64,000 nt of DNA from the IMG/VR virus record IMGVR_UViG_3300017766_002535, positions 1,580-65,579 of that record, one strand, 5' to 3'. Source of the DNA: a virus. Its lineage: Duplodnaviria > Caudoviricetes. The notes beneath the pieces are model-generated. The model was not told where the DNA came from. It saw only the letters and a list, made by a program, of their open reading frames with translations, and searched no databases. The translations under genes were made by a program, and so were the position numbers. Each line of letters begins with the position of its first letter. The first letter of the stretch is position 1. Below, piece by piece: positions 15,673-24,718 of this stretch.

Positions 15673-16349
15673 TGGGCATTCCTTATTTCGTCGTAGTTCT
15701 TTGCGTGATGGACGATAGCCTCGCGGTCGAATCCTTCCGCGACCATCGCAGTGTAGATCAATGCCGCCAATCTGGCGTCACCCAGGGCGCCATGCGCCTT
15801 GTCGACAATCGGGATGTTGAAGTAGCGGCAGGCATCCGTCAGCTTCGGCATGCCGCCCGCAGGCTCGCCCTTCTTGGTCCGCAACACCTCGCCGTTCTCG
15901 TCGTATTTGTAGAGCCAGCGGCCGGTCTGCTTGGCGTGCGACATCAGCCCGCGCATGATGCACAGGCTGCGCGTTTGCTCGAACAGATCATCCAGGCCAG
16001 CGCGGCGCAGTTCGGCGCGCATCATCTTGCAGTCGAACTGCGCGCCGTGGGCGATGACATCGCGCCCTTCGAGAATGGCTTGGGTGTAGATCGCCAGCGG
16101 CATCTGGATCGGCACGCCGTGCTCGCGCAGGAACTCGACGGTCAGGCCGTTGACGGCGCTCGCTCCCGGCTCAATATCCCAGCCGTCGGGCTGGATATAG
16201 GTCTGGTACTCGCGCTCGACCTTCAAATCGGCGTCGAGGAAGATCAGTCCGATTTCGCACACGCGCGGTTGCCCCTCGGCATCAGCCGGGCGCTTGTAGT
16301 CCATGATCCCCGACGTTTCGGTATCGAGAACAAGGGTCTTGTTGGGCAT
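15669..16349 (-). CDS. DnaQ-like 3'-5' exonuclease (DEDDh)
   Basis: LVLDTETSG (ExoI), AHGAQFD (ExoII), AHGALGDA (ExoIII). Confidence 0.9.
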   Translation of the reverse strand: MPNKTLVLDTETSGIMDYKRPADAEGQPRVCEIGLIFLDADLKVEREYQTYIQPDGWDIEPGASAVNGLTVEFLREHGVPIQMPLAIYTQAILEGRDVIAHGAQFDCKMMRAELRRAGLDDLFEQTRSLCIMRGLMSHAKQTGRWLYKYDENGEVLRTKKGEPAGGMPKLTDACRYFNIPIVDKAHGALGDARLAALIYTAMVAEGFDREAIVHHAKNYDEIRNAQ

Positions 16350-17464
16350 CAGATCACTCCCCAATGTCGCTTCACTCCGGGGACGTCCCGGCCCGCCGTA
16401 ACCATCGCCTTCGCCAGCACCGTCAGCGCCGACTTGAGTTCAGGCGAATCCTTGAGCGCGGCGTAGAGCGCATCGAAATCCTCAACGCCGTCGAAGTGCC
16501 ATTTCTCGGTTTGGCGCGGCTTGTAGCTGCCATAGGTGGGCTGCACGCGCTCGGGGACCTTGGGAATCTCCACCTCCTCGACCACCGGCGGCTGTTCGGG
16601 CTGGCCCGCAGCGATGGCGCGGTCAGCCGCACGCGCGGCGGCCTCGTCGATCTCCTCCTGCTTCTTGATGGCGGCCAGTTGCTCGGCCGCGACCCGCCTG
16701 CGTTCGGCGGCCTCGAACTCCGCGACCTTAACCCGGATGGCGCCCTCTGCCTCCTTGGCCCGCTTCACCAGCGGGAGCCACTTGTTGCGCTCCTCCTCGT
16801 AGATCATCTGCAGCGGCGTGACCTTGGCTTTAGCGGTCTTCTCCACCGCAAGGCGACGGTCTCGGATCACGTTCGCCGCGCCGGCAGCAATCGCAGCCTC
16901 GGCCGCCGTGGTAACCGGCAGATCCCGCGCCGCGCCGATGGCGTTGTCGATGCTCTCGGCGGCCTCGACCTCGGGCAGCACCTCCGGCGGCTTGTTGTCG
17001 TCGCGCTCGATGACGCGCATGGTGCGCTGACCATCTTCGTCATGGGCGACTCGGTATTCGGTCTCCGTCTTTTCATCGCGAAAGACAACGCTCTCTACGG
17101 CCAAATCCGGCCAGGGCTCGCCGCGCTCGGCGACGGCCTGATACAACTCGTAGCTGATCGGGTGGCCGCACATCCACGTCCAGCTATCGACAATCTGTTC
17201 GGGCGACATCTCATGTTGGCCGCGAACGCCAACCACAACGCCACCCTCGGACCAGAGCGCCACCGGATCGTAGCCGAGGATGACGTTCTTGCCGTTGGTC
17301 GGGTGCTTCTCTGTCAGCGGAATCCGGTAGTAGCCGGCGTCCATCATCGTCGGCTCCATGTTGTTGAGCCCGAGGCGCGTCAGCTCGGCGCGGCGCGCGG
17401 CGACCGTCGGCAGGTTGGCTACCTCAAGTCGCTTCTTCCAGTTGTCGTAGGCGGCGGCAGTCAT
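16349..17464 (-). CDS. Conserved phage hypothetical protein with coiled-coil C-terminus (recombination module)
   Basis: 371 aa, TGATG coupling to the exonuclease; long Ala/Glu/Arg helices. Confidence 0.75.
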   Translation of the reverse strand: MTAAAYDNWKKRLEVANLPTVAARRAELTRLGLNNMEPTMMDAGYYRIPLTEKHPTNGKNVILGYDPVALWSEGGVVVGVRGQHEMSPEQIVDSWTWMCGHPISYELYQAVAERGEPWPDLAVESVVFRDEKTETEYRVAHDEDGQRTMRVIERDDNKPPEVLPEVEAAESIDNAIGAARDLPVTTAAEAAIAAGAANVIRDRRLAVEKTAKAKVTPLQMIYEEERNKWLPLVKRAKEAEGAIRVKVAEFEAAERRRVAAEQLAAIKKQEEIDEAAARAADRAIAAGQPEQPPVVEEVEIPKVPERVQPTYGSYKPRQTEKWHFDGVEDFDALYAALKDSPELKSALTVLAKAMVTAGRDVPGVKRHWGVI

Positions 17465-17583
17465 GGCAGAATCCTTATGATGACGATGATGACGCCAGCG
17501 ATGGCAGCGCCACCGCCAACGCCAGAGATCATGGTGATGGCGAACGCAAACGGCATGGCCTTCACGATGCGGGGGATACTCAT
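17461..17583 (-). CDS. Small membrane peptide (40 aa), not in ORF track
   Basis: MSIPRIVKAMPFAFAITMISGVGGGAAIAGVIIVIIRILP; ATGA overlaps with both neighbours. Confidence 0.55.
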   Translation of the reverse strand: MSIPRIVKAMPFAFAITMISGVGGGAAIAGVIIVIIRILP

Positions 17584-17801
17584 GTTGACCACTTTGAGTT
17601 CGGGTTGGAGATCATGCGCGGCGCTTCGTGAAACGCCGGGCGGTCGGGAGCCAGGACGAGATCGTATATTTCATCCACGACGGCCCAGGCGAACAGGTAG
17701 GATTCCGTCCAGTCGGCACCGAGGGCGCGCATGTTGCGCACCTCGCGGTGTTCCGCCATGCCTGAGACGCGGTGAGCGAAGGCGTGAAGGGGCGTGGTCA
17801 T
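17580..17801 (-). CDS. Hypothetical early protein
   Basis: 73 aa from ATG 17801, coupled by 4-nt overlaps. Confidence 0.55.
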   Translation of the reverse strand: MTTPLHAFAHRVSGMAEHREVRNMRALGADWTESYLFAWAVVDEIYDLVLAPDRPAFHEAPRMISNPNSKWST

Positions 17802-18031
17802 ACTACTTCCTCGACCTTGACGATCTTCCATGTGAACGACGCCCAGCGGTCCGGCGTCTGCCGGTGATGATCGGACAGCAGATCTACCTGACGCATTTCG
17901 CCAGCCCAATCTATCGATGCCTTGGCCGCGTCCTGTTCGGTGCGCGGCCAGCATTGATCGTAGCGCAGCATGTCGATCGGGAAGACGCCCGAGCCCTCAA
18001 CGGTGATGCGGTAGCGGCGGGGTTTCTTCAT
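17798..18031 (-). CDS. Small phage protein (FPIDMLRYD.CWP motif)
   Basis: 77 aa, globular composition, overlapping start/stop. Confidence 0.65.
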   Translation of the reverse strand: MKKPRRYRITVEGSGVFPIDMLRYDQCWPRTEQDAAKASIDWAGEMRQVDLLSDHHRQTPDRWASFTWKIVKVEEVV

Positions 18032-18222
18032 TTGCGTGCCCTCGTGATGGTGATGTTGAAAGCCTGCCCGTGGTCGGTCCTGACCGTAACAATCGGGCAT
18101 CCGCTGGTGTTTTCGGAAACGGAGAACGTGAACCCGTTCCCCTCATAGTGCTTGCCGAGCGACACAATGATGTCGTTGGCAAGCACGCAGCGATCGTCAG
18201 TTGCGGGAATCGTGCGCGCCAT
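18028..18222 (-). CDS. Hypothetical early protein
   Basis: 64 aa (MARTIPATDD...), TGATG coupling. Confidence 0.6.
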   Translation of the reverse strand: MARTIPATDDRCVLANDIIVSLGKHYEGNGFTFSVSENTSGCPIVTVRTDHGQAFNITITRARK

Positions 18223-18608
18223 CAGATGCACTCCACCGGGCAAGTCTCGTGGATGATGAAGGGCGAGAGAGCGCCCCAGCGAGGATCGCCATCGGGGTCG
18301 TCGGCGCCGCCGGGCTCCGGCGTGTCGCTGATGAGAATCAGGCCATCCACCTGATCTTGATGATAGAGCAGCTTCTCGACGACGGGATCGAGCGGCTTGA
18401 CGATCACGCCGCCCCAAATCTCGTTGAGCCCGTTATCTTCCAGCACGCAAGCCGTGCCCGGAGCGATGGCAACCTCGCCGCCGCGCGTCGTGACGTGAAA
18501 CTCGCAGCCGAACGCCACGACGGCGCCCGGCTTGAGGCGGGACAGCTCGAACCATGTGAGACGTTCGTTCATGGCTCTGTTGGCCTCGGGGATGACGGTG
18601 CTGCTCAT
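18222..18608 (-). CDS. Hypothetical early protein
   Basis: 128 aa, coupled overlaps. Confidence 0.65.
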   Translation of the reverse strand: MSSTVIPEANRAMNERLTWFELSRLKPGAVVAFGCEFHVTTRGGEVAIAPGTACVLEDNGLNEIWGGVIVKPLDPVVEKLLYHQDQVDGLILISDTPEPGGADDPDGDPRWGALSPFIIHETCPVECI

Positions 18609-18907
18609 GCCTCACCGCCTTCCACCGGGATGGTCGACTTCATGGTCTCCAGCCAAACCTTGAGATCAGCTTCAGCCTGGGCGGCCTCGGTGCGCTTGTA
18701 GGTGCGGCCGGTGAAGGTCGAGGCCATCGTCAGCCCCTTCTTCATCGTGTAGCCGCGCGTGGGGATCATGCGCGTCGTCCGCATCATTTTGATCGCCTGG
18801 ATCAGCGTGGCAACCTGAATGCACATGACGGCCTCTTTCCCGCTCGCGACCGAGAGGGAACCGTCTTTGTTGTATGTGAAGGAGGGATTTTGCGACCCTA
18901 TTGTCAT
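18605..18907 (-). CDS. First leftward early gene, hypothetical
   Basis: ATG 18907 preceded by GGAG; downstream of the leftward promoter. Confidence 0.65.
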   Translation of the reverse strand: MTIGSQNPSFTYNKDGSLSVASGKEAVMCIQVATLIQAIKMMRTTRMIPTRGYTMKKGLTMASTFTGRTYKRTEAAQAEADLKVWLETMKSTIPVEGGEA

Positions 18908-18942
18908 GGGGCGGCTCCATAGTTTGAGATCAAGATCAGGTC

Positions 18943-18972
18943 TTGACGAATCGGACACTATACCCTTACAAG
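18943..18972 (+). promoter_or_regulatory. Possible rightward promoter overlapping the leftward one
   Basis: TTGACG at 18943-18948; only a weak -10 (TACAAG at 18 nt spacing). Confidence 0.35.
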
Positions 18973-18983
18973 GGGTAAGTCAA
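18955..18983 (-). promoter_or_regulatory. Leftward sigma70-type promoter with a 17-bp pseudo-palindromic operator as spacer
   Basis: Minus strand TTGACT (18978-18983), 17 nt, TAGTGT (18955-18960); spacer TACCC-N7-GGGTA (18961-18977). Confidence 0.65.
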
Positions 18984-19024
18984 ACGCAACAGAGGGCGGG
19001 TACCGCCCGCAAGGTAGGTTTCAC

Positions 19025-19249
19025 GTGAAAGGACCGACGCCACTTGGCGTTTACCTCTATTCCAACCGCATCTCAAGCGAGCAATTCGCTGAGATGATGG
19101 CTAAGGAGCTGAAACTACAGGCGTTTTCCGCCCGAACCGTCGAGAAGTGGCGTTCGGGCGAGCGCATCCCGAACTCCAAAAACATGCGCGCAATCAAGAC
19201 GTTGACCGGCATTACCGCCGACCAGATGCTTGGGGATGAAGCCGCATGA
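19025..19249 (+). CDS. Cro-like HTH transcriptional regulator
   Basis: SARTVEKWRSGERIPNSKNMRAIKTLTGITADQM XRE/Cro pattern; first gene of the rightward operon. Confidence 0.8.
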   Translation: MKGPTPLGVYLYSNRISSEQFAEMMAKELKLQAFSARTVEKWRSGERIPNSKNMRAIKTLTGITADQMLGDEAA

Positions 19250-19623
19250 CCACCCCGGTCCCGCTGGTTCTTGACCTTTGGGCGCTCGGCCATTCGGCTG
19301 GCGACATCGTTGGCCGGCTCGACCTCCCCAACGTCAAGCACGTCGAGCGCGTCGTCAGGAATGCGCGCAGTATCCGCGATCCGCGCGCCGTGCTCCACGC
19401 CGACAGCAATGGCCGCCTGATCGGCCGCGCCGCCTATAGCTCGGTGTTGGCCGCCGTCGAGGTGGTGCCGTCGATCGTGGCGCTTCGGCTCCCGGTCGAG
19501 AAGGGTTCGCCAGGGCGGCCAGTCTCGTTGATTTGCAAGAACGGTCACCCGCGCGCCGGCAACGTGATCGACCGCAGCTGCAAAACGTGCCGCCAGCTCC
19601 GCGACAAGGACCGCAAGCGATGA
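19246..19623 (+). CDS. Hypothetical protein with C-terminal CKxGH...CxxC zinc ribbon
   Basis: ICKNGHPRAGNVIDRSCKTCRQLR. Confidence 0.65.
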   Translation: MTTPVPLVLDLWALGHSAGDIVGRLDLPNVKHVERVVRNARSIRDPRAVLHADSNGRLIGRAAYSSVLAAVEVVPSIVALRLPVEKGSPGRPVSLICKNGHPRAGNVIDRSCKTCRQLRDKDRKR

Positions 19624-20315
19624 ACCAGAACACCAGCAGCGCCGTAATGCAGCAGCGCACCGAGGCGCACGATAGCCTCGATGATTTCCCGACGCCGCCA
19701 TGGGCAACGCGTGCGCTGATGCACTATCTGTTGTCGCCAAAGCTGACGCGGTACGGTGGCCGGGGCCTCGTTCACATGACTGCGTGGGAGCCGTGCGCCA
19801 ATCGCGGGTTCATGGTGCTGCCGCTGAAAGAGGTTTTCTCTAAGGTCATCGCCAGCGACATCTTCGACTATGGCATGGGCTATCACGTCCACGACTTCCT
19901 GATGCCGTTCACGCCGTTTCACAGCGCGGAGCCGGTTGATTGGGTCATCACCAACCCGCCGTTCCGCCTTGCCGAACAGATTATCTTGCGCGGTCTGGAG
20001 ATCGCCAGCCAGGGCGTTGCGGTTCTCGTGCGATCCGCCTTCGAGGAGGGAGTTGATCGCTACCACAAACTCTATGCGGCAAACCCGCCGACGTTGATGG
20101 GCGTCTTCACCGAGCGTGTCATCATGCACAAGGGAGTGCTGCGCGATCCGAGCAAACTCTACCTCGATGAGCGTACCGGCGAGATGAAGCGACCATCAAC
20201 CGCGACGTCCTACAAGTGGATGGTGTGGGCAAAGGGCCGCGACCCGCTACCGCAAATCTGGATTCCGCCATGCCGGCGGCAGCTTGAGAGACCGGGGGAT
20301 TATCCGAATGGCTGA
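19620..20315 (+). CDS. Solitary DNA adenine (amino) methyltransferase
   Basis: DDFPTPPWAT, AWEPCANRG (SAM binding), DWVITNPPF (catalytic). Confidence 0.85.
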   Translation: MNQNTSSAVMQQRTEAHDSLDDFPTPPWATRALMHYLLSPKLTRYGGRGLVHMTAWEPCANRGFMVLPLKEVFSKVIASDIFDYGMGYHVHDFLMPFTPFHSAEPVDWVITNPPFRLAEQIILRGLEIASQGVAVLVRSAFEEGVDRYHKLYAANPPTLMGVFTERVIMHKGVLRDPSKLYLDERTGEMKRPSTATSYKWMVWAKGRDPLPQIWIPPCRRQLERPGDYPNG

Positions 20316-20433
20316 GATCATCGGCGCTATGAGTGTTGGCTTCGCTATCGGCCTGTTGGTCGGTGGCGTCACGGCCTACAACAAAGGCTGGAGAGCTGGC
20401 ATCAATTGGGCGATGGCAAACTTTGGACGCTGA
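20308..20433 (+). CDS. Small membrane peptide (41 aa), not in ORF track
   Basis: MAEIIGAMSVGFAIGLLVGGVTAYNKGWRAG...; fills the gap between coupled genes. Confidence 0.5.
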   Translation: MAEIIGAMSVGFAIGLLVGGVTAYNKGWRAGINWAMANFGR

Positions 20434-20435
20434 CA

Positions 20436-20756
20436 ATGACAGACCTGTTCGATTGGGAGCCACCGAAGCAATATCCGGTGTCGCCAGGGTTCAAGAAGGC
20501 TGGGACATCGGAAGATGCTGCGAAGGCAATCGAGCCGCGCGCCGGCACGCTCCGCGCGCTCGCTCTGCAACAGCTGCGGTGCGTCATGCCGAATGGCTTA
20601 ACCCCCGACGAAGTTGCGAAGAAGATCGGTCGCACTGTTCTTGCTGTGCGCCCCCGCATGACAGAGTTGTCGCATGCTGGCTTGATCGAGCCCACCGGGG
20701 AGCGCCGGAAAAATTCGTCAGGCGTTTTTGCCGATGTTTGGAGGGCCACGTCGTGA
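20436..20756 (+). CDS. Winged-HTH DNA-binding protein
   Basis: GLTPDEVAKKIGRTVLAVRPRMTELSHAGLIEPTGERR. Confidence 0.75.
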   Translation: MTDLFDWEPPKQYPVSPGFKKAGTSEDAAKAIEPRAGTLRALALQQLRCVMPNGLTPDEVAKKIGRTVLAVRPRMTELSHAGLIEPTGERRKNSSGVFADVWRATS

Positions 20757-21225
20757 CAGATTTTCTGATCGAGGGCTTGAAGATCATCGCGCACCTTGGT
20801 CCGCGCGAGATGCGCGCCGAGGAGATCGACGCTATGTGGGCCGACTTCGGCAAGATGGTGTCGAAGAACATTCACCATCCAGATTTTGTCGAGGTGCTGA
20901 CCCGCGCTGGCCTCAAGTCCAAGACCACCATCGAGATGGTGGGTTATATCCGCGCCTTCATTCTGACCGGGAGCAAGCCATGAACGATCGTGCTCAGTCG
21001 CAGCCAGTCAATGTTGAACGCATCTACGGCAGCTCCGATGCCGTTAGCAAGATCGCGGGCGCCATGCTGAAGGCCGCTGGCGCCGAAATGGAGCGCCACA
21101 GCGCCAACCCGGATGCGCTCGCGATGCTGTTGGCGGCGGTCAAGCTGTGCATCGTTGGAATTGACAGGGATATCGACCCTGGATTCCGGGGCAAAGTCAT
21201 CGAGATGCTGGAGCCCCGCCCATGA
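20753..21225 (+). CDS. Two coupled small hypothetical proteins (20753-20983, 20980-21225)
   Basis: GTGA/ATGA overlaps, helical composition. Confidence 0.6.
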
Positions 21226-21896
21226 CTGGCAGTGTCAAGACAACGGCGCAAGTGACGTTGGCCGACAAACTCCGCCCCTTGCGGAAACTCGCCGATGAGG
21301 GCAACGGCGCTGCCAGAGATGATATCTGGGATGTCGTCAGCCAGAACCTCACTACGATTCTGGATATCGTTTGCGCCGCTCCTGCTCAGTGCGACGTGCA
21401 GACTGCAACAGAGCCCGCCGCATGGCGCTACGAACGGCGCCTTCGCATCCACGAGATGGAAGACTACGGCGCCGACCACGGCTGGCAGGTTGCGTACTCA
21501 GGGAAAGAGCCGACCGATCTGTGGGTGCCCGTGCGCAACGTTACGCCACTTTATGCCGCCTCACTTGCGGTGCCATCGGCTCAGTGCGACGTGCAGAACG
21601 CGCATGACAAATTACTGGCTGCTGTGAAAAATTGCGACAGCTACGCAAATCCAGATAGCGGGCTGGCTAAGCGTGTCGCCGCCTATGAGGCCACCGGCGC
21701 CATGATCTTCACCGGCCCGACTGCTCGATGGGCGCAGCCGTTCGGCGAGACATGCAAGGCCGGTCACCCGTGGACCAGGGAATCCACCCGATGGACGAAA
21801 GGCCCACGGCCGCAGCGTCAGTGCCGGATCTGCAACCGCCTCCGAACCGGCTTCAAGGGCATCTACAAGCCGCGCCAGCCGCGACCCCAGCCGTAA
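21222..21896 (+). CDS. Mosaic protein: EPAAW...PLY module plus C-terminal CKxGH...CxxC ribbon
   Basis: EPAAWRY...VTPLYA module flanked by AQCDVQ repeats; TCKAGHPW...QCRICNR. Confidence 0.65.
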   Translation: MTGSVKTTAQVTLADKLRPLRKLADEGNGAARDDIWDVVSQNLTTILDIVCAAPAQCDVQTATEPAAWRYERRLRIHEMEDYGADHGWQVAYSGKEPTDLWVPVRNVTPLYAASLAVPSAQCDVQNAHDKLLAAVKNCDSYANPDSGLAKRVAAYEATGAMIFTGPTARWAQPFGETCKAGHPWTRESTRWTKGPRPQRQCRICNRLRTGFKGIYKPRQPRPQP

Positions 21897-21927
21897 CGCA
21901 GCCGCCGGCTACCCGCTGGCTACAGGA

Positions 21928-22729
21928 GTGACAATGACGCCTTTGGAACTCGCCATCCAGCATCAGGATGAGATCAACCGCAGCCTGAAGAAGATCCAGG
22001 CCGATGCCGGCTGCATCCGTCAACTCCTCGTCGGCCGCACCGTGCGCAAGCGCAAAGAGCACCCGGAGTTCTTCGTGACCGAGGTGCGGCAGGGATTGTC
22101 CGGCTCGATCACGGTCTATGGCAAGACCGCCAGCAACAAGGGCAAGCGGCGCACCGTGATGCTCGGCGGCGTCCGCGACATCGAGATCGTGGAGCCGAAG
22201 CCGTGATCCGCCCCAACTCGCCAAAGCCGGTCTACCCAAAAATCTGGCGTCGTCGCGAGCCCAAAAAGCCCGGTGACGGCATCTCCCGCCTCGAATTGAG
22301 CGTAGGCGCCCAAGACCCCGACGACGCCAACGGCCGCAAGATGCGTCAAGCCGCGTCACAGGCCAAGAATAGGACCAAGCGTCGCCCGATCACCCTGCCC
22401 GCAACGCCGTGGAGCAATAAGCCATGATCCGCGACGTCCTCCATGTCGCCAGCCCTCACATGCGCCCGCCCTGGTCGGGCCGCTCCCGGCCGCTGACCCG
22501 CGACGAAACCCTCATCCTCGTGCTCGCCGCACGCGCCGATCGCCCGCTGCGCTATCGCGATGTCTACCACGTCGTCGGCGGCGAACCGTGGAGCAAGCTG
22601 AACAGCCTCAAGGTAGAGGGCGCGCTCACCCACCTCGGCTACGATCGCTGGGAAATCACCGAAAAGGGCCGAATCGCCGCCGCGCTGGCGCTGACCAAGG
22701 ACCCCGAACTCGCAAAGGCAGTCTCATGA
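21928..22729 (+). CDS. Three small hypothetical proteins (21928-22206, 22203-22427, 22424-22729)
   Basis: SD GGAG before 21928; 4-nt overlaps; the third is wHTH-like. Confidence 0.6.
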
Positions 22730-23190
22730 CCGACAAGCTCCCCCGCATCCTCCCCCGCATCGCTTTCTCTGTCCGCCAGCCATGGGCCTGGGCGATCTTC
22801 AACGGCAAAACGCTCGAAAATCGCGAGTGGAAGCGGTGGATAAAGGATTGGAAGTTCCGAGGCCGCGTCGCGCTGCACGCGCCGGCAGGCATGACCAAGG
22901 ACGAATACGCCAGCGCCTACGAGTTCATGCGCCCGCTCGGCATCGTCTGCCCGCCGCCAGCGACACTGATCCGCAGCGCCATCATCGGCTCAGTCGAGAT
23001 TGTCGACAACATTTGGGAGAGCGACGATCCGTGGTTCATGGGCGCCGGCGCCTTCGTGCTGCGCGACCCGGTTCCGTGCCTGCCGATCCCAGCCAAGGGC
23101 GCGCTCGGCTTCTTCGAGTGGAAGCCGTCGGACGGCGAGATCGCCGAGCCCCTGAAATGGATGCTGCCCAAGCCGGAGGCGATGCTGTGA
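22726..23190 (+). CDS. ASCH-domain protein
   Basis: FSVRQPWAWAIFNGKTLENREW...RGRVALHA...AIIGSVEIVD. Confidence 0.85.
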   Translation: MTDKLPRILPRIAFSVRQPWAWAIFNGKTLENREWKRWIKDWKFRGRVALHAPAGMTKDEYASAYEFMRPLGIVCPPPATLIRSAIIGSVEIVDNIWESDDPWFMGAGAFVLRDPVPCLPIPAKGALGFFEWKPSDGEIAEPLKWMLPKPEAML

Positions 23191-23420
23191 CCCTGATTGA
23201 CGTCGGACCCTGCCCAGCCTGCAACGGCGAGGGCTGCCACATCACCACCGGAATCGTCTACGAGCCCGGCTGCGGCCACCCGCACCGAGGCGACGTCGAC
23301 CATGGCCCGTGCCCCGAATGCCAGGGCACCGGATCCGTCGAGGTCGAGGTCGAGACCCGCACCCTCGATGATCTCGAGTTGGAGGACTTCGACATGCTCG
23401 AAGCCGCGTTGACCCGATGA
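23187..23420 (+). CDS. DnaJ-type zinc-finger small protein
   Basis: CPACNGEG ... CPECQGTG repeats. Confidence 0.7.
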   Translation: MTLIDVGPCPACNGEGCHITTGIVYEPGCGHPHRGDVDHGPCPECQGTGSVEVEVETRTLDDLELEDFDMLEAALTR

Positions 23421-23824
23421 CGGTCTATGTCGATGACGTCAGGCACAAATTCGGCAACATGGTCATGTGCCACCTATGGGCCGACACCGAGGCCGAGCTG
23501 CTGGCCATGGTCGATCGCATCGGCGTCCAGCGCAAATGGATACAGGGCCACCCGACGTCGATCGGCAAGGCCAAGAACGCCAGCTGGGTCCATTTCGACA
23601 TCGCGATGAGCAAAAAGGCCCTCGCTATCGCCGCTGGCGCCGTCCTGACCGACAAATACGGCCCGATCGAGCATGTAGCCCGGCTCAAGATCGCCAGTGG
23701 CGACCCGACGCAAGTTGCGAGTGGTCGTGGACGGCTCGAAACGATTGCTCAATGCCGCGCCATCTTCAACCCCAACGTCTCACCCCAAGCCGCCCAAGCC
23801 GCGGAGAGGGGCGACCCGTCATGA
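23417..23824 (+). CDS. DUF4031-family protein
   Basis: MTVYVDD...MCHLWADTEAELLAMVDRIGVQRKWIQ...HFDI. Confidence 0.85.
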   Translation: MTVYVDDVRHKFGNMVMCHLWADTEAELLAMVDRIGVQRKWIQGHPTSIGKAKNASWVHFDIAMSKKALAIAAGAVLTDKYGPIEHVARLKIASGDPTQVASGRGRLETIAQCRAIFNPNVSPQAAQAAERGDPS

Positions 23825-24165
23825 GCACCTGGGGAGGAGGCGCCGACGCCCCGAAAGAGCCCTGCCCGATCTGCGACAAGCTGATCGACCCTCGTGGCCG
23901 TCGGGACCACAACATCGCCAAGCATGGAGCCCGGCCCCGGGCGAAGACCCGTGCACGCCGTGCCGCTGGATTGCCCAAGGTCGATCCGGCTGAGGTCGAG
24001 CACCTGCTTTACCGCACCGTGGTCACCACCTTCCCATCCGGAGCCCGTTCGATCGTCACCACCGGCCCAGGGGTCCATGAGGCACACTTCGAACTGCCGT
24101 ACCACGAGGACGACATCTACGCCCGGCTGCTGGACCCCGCCGCAGGACAAGGAGAGACCAAATGA
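23821..24165 (+). CDS. C2H2-like zinc-finger small protein
   Basis: CPICDKLIDPRGRRDHNIAKH. Confidence 0.6.
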   Translation: MSTWGGGADAPKEPCPICDKLIDPRGRRDHNIAKHGARPRAKTRARRAAGLPKVDPAEVEHLLYRTVVTTFPSGARSIVTTGPGVHEAHFELPYHEDDIYARLLDPAAGQGETK

Positions 24166-24392
24166 CCCGCTTCACCTTCACCGAGGACTTCGAGCGCGAC
24201 GTCTTGCTGACGCGCGCCGCAATCCAGAGCCCCGGCGCGCTGTTTGCCCTCTGCATGCGCCGCCCAGGCTTCGAGGGAGGCCCTGACGCCGTGCTGGCCT
24301 ATGGCGACTGGATGGCCCATCCCGATCGCCGCCCCTACCGTCAGCGCATCGCCGATGAGCTGGAGCGCCGCGCCGCAGGACAGGGAGAGACC
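24138..24392 (+). repeat. 22-bp direct repeat (1 mismatch) flanking gene 24162-24398
   Basis: CGCCGCAGGACAAGGAGAGACC (24138-24159) and CGCCGCAGGACAGGGAGAGACC (24371-24392). Confidence 0.85.
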
Positions 24393-24706
24393 CGGTGAGC
24401 GTTAGACCGAGACCCGTCAGCTTCAAGGCCCATGGCGTTACCGTGGACGGAGAGCCCGTCGCCAGTGGATGGAAGCCCACCCGTTGGCAGGCGCTATTCT
24501 GGCTGCAGGCCACAGGTATCAAGCCGGCCTACATGGTCCGGCGCATCCGGAAGCGACGCATCGGCGAGCCCGAGTGCCCGGATGCTGTGGACATCTCGGC
24601 GCCTGTGCCAGCCCCGCCGAATGGCACAGCGACACAACCCGGGCGTGATGGCACAATCCGGGCGGCACGCGAATCGGCGCAACCCGCGCAATCATTGAAG
24701 AACTGA
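24162..24706 (+). CDS. Two small hypothetical proteins (24162-24398, 24395-24706)
   Basis: Each is preceded by a copy of the SD-containing repeat. Confidence 0.6.
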
Positions 24707-24718
24707 GGGAGAGGCACA

